From an uncultured Rickettsiales bacterium (lineage in GTDB: Bacteria; Myxococcota_A; UBA796; UBA9615; CAYRNR01): a stretch of 64,000 nucleotides of DNA. The stretch is taken from assembly GCA_964558555.1 (NCBI GenBank), contig CAZLEO010000005.1, forward strand, positions 10,968-74,967. The letters run 5' to 3'. Positions 18,757 to 27,239 of this stretch are shown here, one piece after another (position 1 is the first letter of the stretch; each line of letters begins with the position of its first letter). The position numbers and the translations under genes were made by a program. The notes beneath the pieces were generated by a model that did not search any database, had not been told where the DNA came from, and worked only from the letters and a program-made list of their open reading frames with translations.

Positions 18757-21300
18757 ATGTCCAGGCTGATCCTCGCGTGGGCGGCGATGGCCCTGCTGCT
18801 GGGGTGCTCCGAGGACCCGGTCCTCGACGACGACGACACCACGGCTGGCGACGACGACGACAACCCCTGCGTCCCGGACGTGGAGGGGCTGATCCAGGAG
18901 TACGACCTGGCCGAAGAAGTGGAGGTCGTCTACGACGAGATGGGCGTGCCCCACATCTACGCCCAGAGCGACCTGGACCTGTTCTGGGCGGCGGGCTACC
19001 TCGTGGCCTCGGACCGCCTGTTCCAGATGGACATCCTGCGGCGGGCCTCGGTGGGCACCCTGGCCGAGGTGATCGGCGAGGAGGGCCTGGAGTCGGACTA
19101 CCAGGCCCGCACCCTCGACTTCGACCGCTACAGCTGCGAGATCCTGGCCATGCACGTCGAGGAGGGGGTGGACGACGTCAACGGCTCGGCCGCGTACATG
19201 TCGGGGATGAACCACTTCGTCGAGGAGGTGCTGGCCGGTGAGGCCGAACTGCCCGCCGGGTACACCACGCTGGACTTCGAGCCCACGCCGTTCGTCCGCG
19301 ACGACCTGGTGGCCCTGGGCATGCGGCTGAACTTCGCATTCTCCAACACCCTGTTCCCCGACCTGTTCTACGCCGCGTTCGACGTGCTCGCGCCGGCAGC
19401 GGGCGACCCCACGGTCCCGGTGTTCCGCCCGGCGACCGAGGACTTCGTCATGGTGGACGATCCCCCGCCCTCCCCTCCCCCGGCCGCCGGGGGGCCCCAC
19501 CCGGGCGCGGCGCGCGTGGCCACGGAGGATCCCGACGCCTGGCTGGCCATGCTCGACGCCGCCGCCCGCTTCAACCACCGCTGGGGTTTCAACCGCGGCT
19601 CCAACAACTGGGCCCTGGGCGGAGAACACACCGCCGACGGCAGGCCGATCATCGCCGGCGATCCCCACTCGTACCTCGCCGATCCCAGCTACCTGTACCT
19701 GCAGCACCTCAACTCCGCTGACGCGGGCGGCACCTACGACGTGATCGGCTACAGCTTCGCCGGCACCCCCGGGGTGCACCTGGGCCACAACCGCCACCTC
19801 GTGTGGGCCGCCACCACCAACTTCGCCGACGCGGTGGACGTGTGGGACGTGGTCGTTCAGGACGACGAGGTGCTCGTCGGCGACCAGTGGGTGGAGATGA
19901 CCAAGCGTACCGAGATCATCCACGTGCGCCAGGAGGACGGCTCGATGCACGAGCAGCCCTTCGTGGTGCGCACCGTCGGCGAGTACGGCACGCTCGTGCC
20001 CCAGGAGATGCTGCCGCTGCCCATGGAGCTGTTCGCCAACGGCGACCTGATGCTGAACTGGACCGGGTTCACCCCCACGTCGGGGCTCAAGCTGTACCTG
20101 AGCGCCAACCGCGCCGAGGACCTGGCCGACTTCGAGGCCGCGGTGGAGTACCAGAAATCCGGCATCCAGAACTGGGTCGGCGCCACGGCCGACGACATCC
20201 TCTACGTCACCCACGGCCTGGTCCCCGACCGCGGCGCGGTGACCCCGCCGGCCTACCAGGTGCTCGACGGCAGCGATCCCGACACCCTGTGGGAGGGCTG
20301 GCTGGGCGACGAGGTGATGCCGCGGCTCGACGGTTCCGACGGGTTCGTCTACACGGCCAACAACGATCCCTACGGCCACACCGCGGACAACGATCCCCTC
20401 GACGACGACTTCTACTACGGCAGCTGGTTCGCGCCGGGCTTCCGCGCCGGCCGTATTCGCCAGGAGATCGACGCGCTGGTGGACCAGGGCGACGTCACCC
20501 TGGAGCAGGTCATGGCCATGCAGACCTCCACGACCAGCGACGCGGCGGTGCGGATGGTGCCCGTCCTGGCCGAGGCCGTGGCTGCGATCCCCACCGATCC
20601 CGATCTGGCCGAGTACGTGGACCGCACCGACCTGATCGATGCGGCCGCGCGCCTGGAGGCCTGGGACCGCCAGATGACGCTGGACGCGTTCGAGCCGGCC
20701 CTGTTCCGCGCCTGGTTCACCACGCTGCAGCGATCCACCGTGTCCGACGATCTGGGGTTGCTGTTCGACGCCGTGGAGGAGCTCCAGCCGATCATCCTCG
20801 AAAAAGTCACCGTGCTGGCCTACGAGGACTCCATCGAGTCGGTGCTCGACGGCAGCCGCAACACGACCCTGGTCGCCGCCCTCGACGAGGCGCTGGAGTA
20901 CGTCGGGCGACGGGCCGAGGACCTCGGCGTCGACGAGGTCGCGTGGGGCGATCTGCACATCGCGTCCTTCGACACCGACTACGTCACCTACTACGACTTC
21001 GACTACGGCGACGACACGCGCATCGCCTGGGCCGGGGACGCCACGTCGATCAACGTGGCCGAATGCCACTTCTGGGACGGCAGCGATCTCGCCGATCACT
21101 GCGTGGGAGAGTTCGGCCCCATCTTCCGATCCGTCGCGCGCTTCGACGACGACGGCGTACCCGAGTACTGGACCAGCTGGCCCTTCGGCCACGACGGCGA
21201 CGCCACGTCGTGGGTCGAGGGCAGCTACACTCACCTGCCGTTCAGCCGGCAGGACGTGGACGCGCGGGCGGTCTCCACGGTGATCCTGGCGCCCGAATGA
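18757..21300 (+). CDS. penicillin acylase family Ntn-hydrolase (penicillin amidase / AHL-acylase-like) lipoprotein
   Basis: ATG 18757 follows AAGGGAGGAGGGGGG. Lipobox MSRLILAWAAMALLLGCSEDP, then a poly-Asp linker. GVPHIYAQSDLDLFWAAGYLVASDRLFQMD and the beta-subunit nucleophile block NRGSNNWALGGEHTADGRPIIAGDPH are S45/penicillin acylase hallmarks. Confidence 0.85.
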   Translation: MSRLILAWAAMALLLGCSEDPVLDDDDTTAGDDDDNPCVPDVEGLIQEYDLAEEVEVVYDEMGVPHIYAQSDLDLFWAAGYLVASDRLFQMDILRRASVGTLAEVIGEEGLESDYQARTLDFDRYSCEILAMHVEEGVDDVNGSAAYMSGMNHFVEEVLAGEAELPAGYTTLDFEPTPFVRDDLVALGMRLNFAFSNTLFPDLFYAAFDVLAPAAGDPTVPVFRPATEDFVMVDDPPPSPPPAAGGPHPGAARVATEDPDAWLAMLDAAARFNHRWGFNRGSNNWALGGEHTADGRPIIAGDPHSYLADPSYLYLQHLNSADAGGTYDVIGYSFAGTPGVHLGHNRHLVWAATTNFADAVDVWDVVVQDDEVLVGDQWVEMTKRTEIIHVRQEDGSMHEQPFVVRTVGEYGTLVPQEMLPLPMELFANGDLMLNWTGFTPTSGLKLYLSANRAEDLADFEAAVEYQKSGIQNWVGATADDILYVTHGLVPDRGAVTPPAYQVLDGSDPDTLWEGWLGDEVMPRLDGSDGFVYTANNDPYGHTADNDPLDDDFYYGSWFAPGFRAGRIRQEIDALVDQGDVTLEQVMAMQTSTTSDAAVRMVPVLAEAVAAIPTDPDLAEYVDRTDLIDAAARLEAWDRQMTLDAFEPALFRAWFTTLQRSTVSDDLGLLFDAVEELQPIILEKVTVLAYEDSIESVLDGSRNTTLVAALDEALEYVGRRAEDLGVDEVAWGDLHIASFDTDYVTYYDFDYGDDTRIAWAGDATSINVAECHFWDGSDLADHCVGEFGPIFRSVARFDDDGVPEYWTSWPFGHDGDATSWVEGSYTHLPFSRQDVDARAVSTVILAPE

Positions 21301-21323
21301 ACCCCGAACGAGGAGGAGGAACC

Positions 21324-22178
21324 ATGCGTACCTGGCCGCTGATGGCTCTGATGATCCTGGGACTGCTCTCTGCCTGCGGCACGGACAACGGCGGCGGCGG
21401 CGGCAACGGCCCACCCGGCCCCCAGGGGGACGACGACGACTTCATCGGCGACGACGACGACGACGATGTCGTGGGTGGGATGAACCTCACCGGCGTGTGG
21501 GCCCAGCGGTACTGCCAGAACGAGCACTACGACACGGCCCTGGGAGCGGATGACGGCACCCGCATCTCCCTGGCGCGCACCGACATGACCCAGGACGGCC
21601 GGCTGCTGTACGAGACCTCCGAGGTCTGCGACGTGTACGTGCCCCAGGTGGGATCGGTGGTCGTGGAGTTCCCCGACGCCCTGATCGACGCCATCCCCGT
21701 CATGGACACCGTCCGCGAGCTCGACGTCAACGCCGTCGGCGCCATCTACGAGAACAGCGACGATCCCCTCGTCCAGCTCATCGCCTGGCACCCCGACGGC
21801 AACGAGATGACCGATCCGCTGCCCACCGCCGCCCCGGACCCCCGCGTGTTCGACATGGACCACGACGGCCTGCCCGGCGCCACCGCCCTGATCGAGGTGC
21901 TCGGCATCCTGTCGGGCGAGATGTACGTGGTCGCCCGCACCATCATGTGGGTCGACGGCACCGTGGTCAGCGAGACCGAGATCTCCGGCTCCGTGGAGGC
22001 CGACTCCGAGCAGAACACCATCGGCGCCTCCGACGACATGTTCGACCAGTCCGCGGACGTGACCCAGCAGCCCGGTAGCACCTTCAAGAAGGTCAAGATC
22101 GACGCCGGCACCAACTGCCAGACCATCGTGGCCACCGCCGACTCGATCTTCGGCGGCCCCTGCCCGACGTTCCCGTAG
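21324..22178 (+). CDS. hypothetical lipoprotein with Gly/Asp-rich linker
   Basis: ATG 21324 follows aggaggagga. MRTWPLMALMILGLLSACGTDNGGGGGNGPPGPQGDDDDFIGDDDDDDVVGG is followed by a 220-aa domain. Confidence 0.6.
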   Translation: MRTWPLMALMILGLLSACGTDNGGGGGNGPPGPQGDDDDFIGDDDDDDVVGGMNLTGVWAQRYCQNEHYDTALGADDGTRISLARTDMTQDGRLLYETSEVCDVYVPQVGSVVVEFPDALIDAIPVMDTVRELDVNAVGAIYENSDDPLVQLIAWHPDGNEMTDPLPTAAPDPRVFDMDHDGLPGATALIEVLGILSGEMYVVARTIMWVDGTVVSETEISGSVEADSEQNTIGASDDMFDQSADVTQQPGSTFKKVKIDAGTNCQTIVATADSIFGGPCPTFP

Positions 22179-22447
22179 CAGCGTTCGGGGAAACTCGAAT
22201 CCCCTTGCTCCTACTCATCGGGACTCGGTCACGGCGCCACGACGCCACGCAGACTTCCCCGAACGATCCGGATTTCGGATCGAATCAGGCGGTCAGGATA
22301 GTAGACATGGTCCATTGATCCGGAAAGTGGATCGTTTGCGAGGATCTGGTGAGGGGAGGAGAGGCCGGCCCCACGGGATACCGCCCGAAAGTCACTTCCG
22401 AGTGGACTGATGACGAACGCTGCTAGCGGGTCATCCGTCCGTTCGAG

Positions 22448-24022
22448 CTATCCGTCCGAGGGCTCGAAGCGCACCAGCCCCAGCACCGGGCGCTGGTCCA
22501 CCGACAGCATGGTGATCAGCCCCAGCATGCCCACGTAGAGGCTGCCGTCCGGGCCCACCGTCACGGTGGCGGAGGCGTCGTCGGTGACCGGCTCGCTCCA
22601 CAGGATCTCGCCGGTGGATCGGTCCAGGGTCAGCGCCACGGTCTCGGCCGAGCCGGGGAAGTACAGGCCCATCACCTCGGTGTCGGACAGGGTCACGGTG
22701 GAGGCGGTGCCGACGATGTGGTCGCGGGTCACGGTGACCACCGACGTCCAGGTCATGTCGTCGGGCAGCACCACCTCCCACAGGGGACCGCCCGGGCCCA
22801 CGGCGCGCAGGTCCACCGCGTCGGCGCCGAAGGCGGCGAGGTTGGTGGTGGTCTCCCACAGGTAGACCGTCCCGTCGTCGCCCAGGGCCGGGCTGCCGGC
22901 GAGGGGGCCGCGCTCGAGATCGGTGGAGAACCACGCCGCGCAGATGGCCTCGTCGGCGTCGGCGTCGGTGTTGGCGTCGCAGGCGTCGATGTCGACCACC
23001 TTGACGGTGGCCTCGGCAGAGTGGGGATCGAGCATGGAGCCGGGCGCGGCGCCGTCGCCGACGGCCACGAGGCTGCCGTCGGACGTCACCGAAGGGGTAC
23101 AGGCGCTGCCGCCGTGCAGCGCCACGTACCAGCCGGGCTCGAGCGTCGGGGCCGTCGCACTGCCGCCGATGCGGATCTGGACCAGCGCCCCGGTCTCGCC
23201 GTCCGGTCCGCCGCCGACCACGAACAACTCGTTGCGCGGCGACACGGCGACGGTGTTGTCCGAGAACCCACCCCCCGCGCCGAAGAACGCGTTGACGAAC
23301 TCCTCGGACTCGGTGCCGAACACCGACTCGATGTCCTCGACCACCTCGTCGGGCGCCACGTCGGCGATGGACAGGCTCAGCGAGTCCGGCGCCACGAATC
23401 CCCACGTCGCGGCGATGTCGAGGCTGGCCAGCGACGCGCCGGCCTCGCGATCCAGCAGGTGCACCACCCCCGGCGTGGTCACCACGGCCACGTGCCCGTC
23501 CGGGGTGAAGTGCTGCCCCCACGGCGCGGCACCCTCCCCCAGCGACGTGGACCAGCGCTGCGATCCGTCCGGGTCCAGCGCGATCAGATCGTCCCCCGCG
23601 GCCACGTACAGCCCACCGTCGGCGTCCACCTCCACGGCGCTGCGCGCCACATCCTCGGCCAGGTCGAGACACCACACCGTGTGCCCCGACAACGCGTCCA
23701 GGGCGTGGACCCGGCAGCCGGCCGGATCGGGGTTCGTGGTGGTGACGTAGGTGACCGTCCCGTCCGGGCTGAACGTGTTGGGCTGGACCACCCCCAGCCC
23801 GTGCAGCTCGTGCCAGGCCTCGGTGAAGGCCGGAGCGACCTCGCAGTCCACCATGTCGCTGTTGCCCGGGCCGGCGTGGATACCCACGTAGGGGATCCCC
23901 TGGGGATAGGGGGCCGGCTGATCGGGCGTGCAGGGATACGACGAGGGTAGTTCCTCGGTCACCTCCTCGGCGGGACAGCCGAGCAGGCACACGGCGAGCA
24001 GCCACGGTCCGGGACTTCTCAC
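22448..24022 (-). CDS. PQQ-like beta-propeller repeat lipoprotein (BamB/outer-membrane-assembly-factor-like fold)
   Basis: GTG start at 24022 sits behind GGGAGG. VRSPGPWLLAVCLLGCPAEE is a lipobox. Repeated DGxxxW / DGTVYV-type blades run along 520 aa. Confidence 0.55.
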   Translation of the reverse strand: MRSPGPWLLAVCLLGCPAEEVTEELPSSYPCTPDQPAPYPQGIPYVGIHAGPGNSDMVDCEVAPAFTEAWHELHGLGVVQPNTFSPDGTVTYVTTTNPDPAGCRVHALDALSGHTVWCLDLAEDVARSAVEVDADGGLYVAAGDDLIALDPDGSQRWSTSLGEGAAPWGQHFTPDGHVAVVTTPGVVHLLDREAGASLASLDIAATWGFVAPDSLSLSIADVAPDEVVEDIESVFGTESEEFVNAFFGAGGGFSDNTVAVSPRNELFVVGGGPDGETGALVQIRIGGSATAPTLEPGWYVALHGGSACTPSVTSDGSLVAVGDGAAPGSMLDPHSAEATVKVVDIDACDANTDADADEAICAAWFSTDLERGPLAGSPALGDDGTVYLWETTTNLAAFGADAVDLRAVGPGGPLWEVVLPDDMTWTSVVTVTRDHIVGTASTVTLSDTEVMGLYFPGSAETVALTLDRSTGEILWSEPVTDDASATVTVGPDGSLYVGMLGLITMLSVDQRPVLGLVRFEPSDG

Positions 24023-24099
24023 GGCCACCTCCCTCGTGACGATTCTACATCGCCCTCGACGATCCCCGGCGTGGCGGTGACCAGCGATGCGGACGCCGG

Positions 24100-24336
24100 T
24101 CACAGGGAGATCTCGGCATGCTCCTTGATCGCGAGTATCACCTCGCGCAGCCCGTCATTCATCAGCTGGATCACATTCCAGGGGCCATGCTCGTCCGACG
24201 GCTGCCACCAGTAGGGGAATCCTGGTGAACCGGAATTCTCACGGATCACCAGGGCATCGTGGCGATTCGCGCGGATGGCGTAGGGTTTGAGTACGACCTC
24301 GAACCAGAGTCTCCCTTCATGCACGTACAGCCCCAT
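24100..24336 (-). CDS. small hypothetical protein (78 aa), last gene of the AAA+/polymerase operon
   Basis: MGLYVHEGRLWFEVVLKPYAIRANRHDALVIRENSGSPGFPYWWQPSDEHGPWNVIQLMNDGLREVILAIKEHAEISL has coding-like codon usage but lower GC than its flanks. It lies immediately downstream of the polymerase-like gene. Confidence 0.35.
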   Translation of the reverse strand: MGLYVHEGRLWFEVVLKPYAIRANRHDALVIRENSGSPGFPYWWQPSDEHGPWNVIQLMNDGLREVILAIKEHAEISL

Positions 24337-24362
24337 CCACGCCCAGTTGTCCCCTTCGTGTT

Positions 24363-27239
24363 TCAGATGGAAAAGGCTACCCCCAACACCTCCACTTCTC
24401 GACCGGCACGCTGCTCGGCCGACCACTCCTCCACCTCCGGCAGTACCGCATCGAGCTGTGTTGCCTTCACCTCGAACATCACCTCCTGCCCCGTCTCCCG
24501 ATCGTCGTACATCTTCTCGGCCACGGTGATCAGGCCGTCCACACCGGCGCTCACGGCCGCCCTGGTACAGCCAAAGACGTCAAGCGCTCCCGATGCGGCG
24601 AGGTTCGCCATCTGAGCGCGACCAAGACAGCCGGGAGTCACCTGCGAGAGCCAGGAGAGGAGCCCCTGCGCGACGTTTCCCTCCTCCCTTGCCAGCACCA
24701 GTGACTCGGCGGTCTTGTCGGTCACACCCCGGACCATGGCCAGGCCCAGACGTACACCGCCGTCCTCGACCGTGTTGTGCACGCCGCTTCGGATGACGTC
24801 CGGTGCGAGCAACTCGACGCCGGCCTTGCGCATGTCCTCGGCGACGCGGCGGACCTGCCGACGGTCGCGGGAAACACTCGAGAGGAGCGCGGCAAAGAAC
24901 GAGGCCGGGTGATGGGCCTTGTGCCAGGCCAGCTTGCAGGCCTTGAGGGCGAGGCTGGCGACCGAGGCGCGGGAGAGGGTGTAGCGGGTCCAGCGGCCGA
25001 GCCACTCCCACACACACCAGGCTGGTTCGGTGGCGACGTCGCGCCGCGAGGCCTGGCCGATGAACCGCTCGGCCGCGGCCTCGAGCTCCTCGCCTCGGCC
25101 GCGGCCGAGGGCGCGGACGATGGGCCACGTCTCGCCATGGTCGAGGCGGGCGAGGGAGGACAGGATCTCCATGGCCTGCTCCTGGTAGAGCAGGACACCG
25201 CGGGTGTGGTCGAGGGGGCCCGCGACGAGGTCGGTGGCAGGGCCGAGGTCGCCCAGGAGGCCGTCGCCGGTGGTGTAGGCCGCGAGGAGCCCGGCGTCGA
25301 TGGGGCCGCGGCGACCGAGCGCGACGGCGGCCATGAGTTCTTCGGTGTCCGTGGGGCCGATCGCGGTGAGGGCGCGGCGAGCGAGGGGATCGCCGAGGGA
25401 TGAGATACCCAGGGTGTTGCCGCGGCCGAGCAGCTCCTGGACGGCCGGGTCCGTCGGCAGCGCGACGGCACAGTCGTCCCAGCCCGGCACGGGCCCGCCA
25501 CGCTCGGCGAGGAGCGCATCGACGCGCGCGGTGAGCTCGACATCATCCTCGCCGACGAGCTCGAAGACGGCGTGGCGGGCTTGTACGAGGGAGCGGGGGT
25601 CGTACTCGACGAGGCCCGCGCCGGACTCCGATCGCCGCACCGGCAGCGGGGGCTCGACGGGGTGGTCCACCACGGCGAACGCCGACTCGTGTTCGTCGAT
25701 GCCGTACGGGCAGCCGTCCAGCGTCGCGAAGCGGCCGGTGATCTCGACGAGCTCTTGTAGCCGGTCGTGCACCCGGGCGATCGGGCGGCCGAAGGGACGG
25801 GCGCGGCCCGCGGCAGCCCGCCAGGACTCGGTCAGCGCCTCCAGGCGTAGGCCGACCTCGTCCGGCCCCAGGTCCAGCGCGGCCATGGCCCCATCCACGA
25901 GGCCGCGGCCGCCGAGGACGGACCTGCGCGCCGGCCGCACGACGCGAAATCCATACCCCAGCTCCCTCACGACACATTCGACGACGCGATCGATCTGCGA
26001 GGGATGGATGTCCAGGAGGATCGGCCTCGGTTCGTGCCCGGGGTCCAGGTAACGCTCCGACAGCAAGTCGTACATCCGAGGGTTCACGCCGGTCACGCCG
26101 AGGGCGTACAGGACCGCGGCGGAGACGCCGGGCCCCCTGCCGGGGCCGACGGGGATGCCGGCCTCGCGGCAGGCGCGCACCACGCGGTGGGCGAGGAGGA
26201 ATCGCGCGCCCTCGGGGGGTTCGACGAGGGCATCGAGTTCCCAGTCCAGCGCGGCCGAGAGGTCGGCGCTGACCTCCTCGAAACGGGACAGGGGGACATC
26301 CCTGCGCAGGGCCACGATGTGCTCCGACAACCCCTCGCGAGCGGCCCGCTCGAACGCCGCCAGCCGCTCCTTTCGTTGCCAGCACGGCCTGGGAGGGACG
26401 ATCAAGGCTTGTGAGGGCCGGAGCTGGCACCGTTCGACCAGTGCGTCGGTCGCCCGTAACGCGTCGGCGTCCTCGGCAAAGGCGAAGGCCATGTCCACCG
26501 GATCGCGCAGGAAGAAGCCGTGGCTGGGCATGACCGGGCTGTCCACGTCCCCGAGCCGGCGGCCCCGGTCGATACACGACATGACCTGGTAGCCGAGGGC
26601 GTCCTCGGGCCGGAGGTAGTGGACCGGGTTGGTCACCACGAGGCCCAGCCCCAGCCGCTCGGCGATCTGCCGCTGGCCCTCGTTGACCCCGTGCTGGTTG
26701 TACTCGCCCGTGACCTGGATCTCGAGGTGGACGTTGTGGCGCCCGAACACGTCGGACAGGGCGCGCGCGGCCAGGGTAGCGGCGCCGGGACGGTCCGCGC
26801 TGAGCAGCGCGCCGATCTCTCCGTGGACGTTCGCCGACAGCGCCAGCAACCCGTGTCGGTGGTCGCACAGCTGATCCCAGTCCACCGCGAGAGACGACTC
26901 CCACATCCCGCGGCGGGCCAGACCCACCAGCTCACACAGGCTGCGAAAGCCCCTCGGATTCCGCGCGATCAGCACCAGCGCGTAGCTCTTGCGGCGCCGG
27001 GAGGCGGGATCACGGGGCCGCACGCGGATCTCCATGCCGACGATGGGCTGGACGCCGATCTCCCGGGCGCAGCGCATGAACTCGGGGACGCCGGCCAGGC
27101 TCCACTCGTCGGTGACGGCCACGGCCCTCGAACCCTGCGCCGCCACGGCCGCCACCAGATCCTCGATGCGCACCGTGGACCTCATCCGCGAGTGGTGCGT
27201 GTGCACGTGCAGGTGGACGAAGCCACGGTCGGCGCTCAT
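24363..27239 (-). CDS. DNA polymerase III alpha (DnaE)-family PHP-domain protein, short (958 aa), lacking the C-terminal OB/tau-binding region
   Basis: The start MSADRGFVHLHVHTHHS is a PHP motif. GPGRGPGVSAAVLYALGVTGVNPRMYDLLSERYLDPGHEPRPILLDIHPSQ matches the DnaE GPGRGSAAGS...PDFDVDF palm region, but the catalytic Asp pair is replaced by LLDIHP. LLYQEQAMEIL and KACKLAWHKAHHPASFFAALLS are DnaE-like. The start codon overlaps the upstream stop (ATGA). Confidence 0.8.
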   Translation of the reverse strand: MSADRGFVHLHVHTHHSRMRSTVRIEDLVAAVAAQGSRAVAVTDEWSLAGVPEFMRCAREIGVQPIVGMEIRVRPRDPASRRRKSYALVLIARNPRGFRSLCELVGLARRGMWESSLAVDWDQLCDHRHGLLALSANVHGEIGALLSADRPGAATLAARALSDVFGRHNVHLEIQVTGEYNQHGVNEGQRQIAERLGLGLVVTNPVHYLRPEDALGYQVMSCIDRGRRLGDVDSPVMPSHGFFLRDPVDMAFAFAEDADALRATDALVERCQLRPSQALIVPPRPCWQRKERLAAFERAAREGLSEHIVALRRDVPLSRFEEVSADLSAALDWELDALVEPPEGARFLLAHRVVRACREAGIPVGPGRGPGVSAAVLYALGVTGVNPRMYDLLSERYLDPGHEPRPILLDIHPSQIDRVVECVVRELGYGFRVVRPARRSVLGGRGLVDGAMAALDLGPDEVGLRLEALTESWRAAAGRARPFGRPIARVHDRLQELVEITGRFATLDGCPYGIDEHESAFAVVDHPVEPPLPVRRSESGAGLVEYDPRSLVQARHAVFELVGEDDVELTARVDALLAERGGPVPGWDDCAVALPTDPAVQELLGRGNTLGISSLGDPLARRALTAIGPTDTEELMAAVALGRRGPIDAGLLAAYTTGDGLLGDLGPATDLVAGPLDHTRGVLLYQEQAMEILSSLARLDHGETWPIVRALGRGRGEELEAAAERFIGQASRRDVATEPAWCVWEWLGRWTRYTLSRASVASLALKACKLAWHKAHHPASFFAALLSSVSRDRRQVRRVAEDMRKAGVELLAPDVIRSGVHNTVEDGGVRLGLAMVRGVTDKTAESLVLAREEGNVAQGLLSWLSQVTPGCLGRAQMANLAASGALDVFGCTRAAVSAGVDGLITVAEKMYDDRETGQEVMFEVKATQLDAVLPEVEEWSAEQRAGREVEVLGVAFSI

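Noticed and set aside
22383-22400. Shared 12-mer CCGAAAGTCACT at 22388-22399 and 49339-49350, considered as a conserved regulatory motif.
   Set aside because: A single 12-nt coincidence is expected many times by chance among about 2e9 position pairs in 64 kb. The flanks do not align and there is no convincing hairpin.
24100-24426. Full 108-aa version of the small ORF starting at 24426.
   Set aside because: Its first 30 codons overlap the polymerase-like gene's 3' end and are Gly/Arg-rich. The internal Met at 24336 gives a non-overlapping 78-aa product, itself reported only at low confidence.
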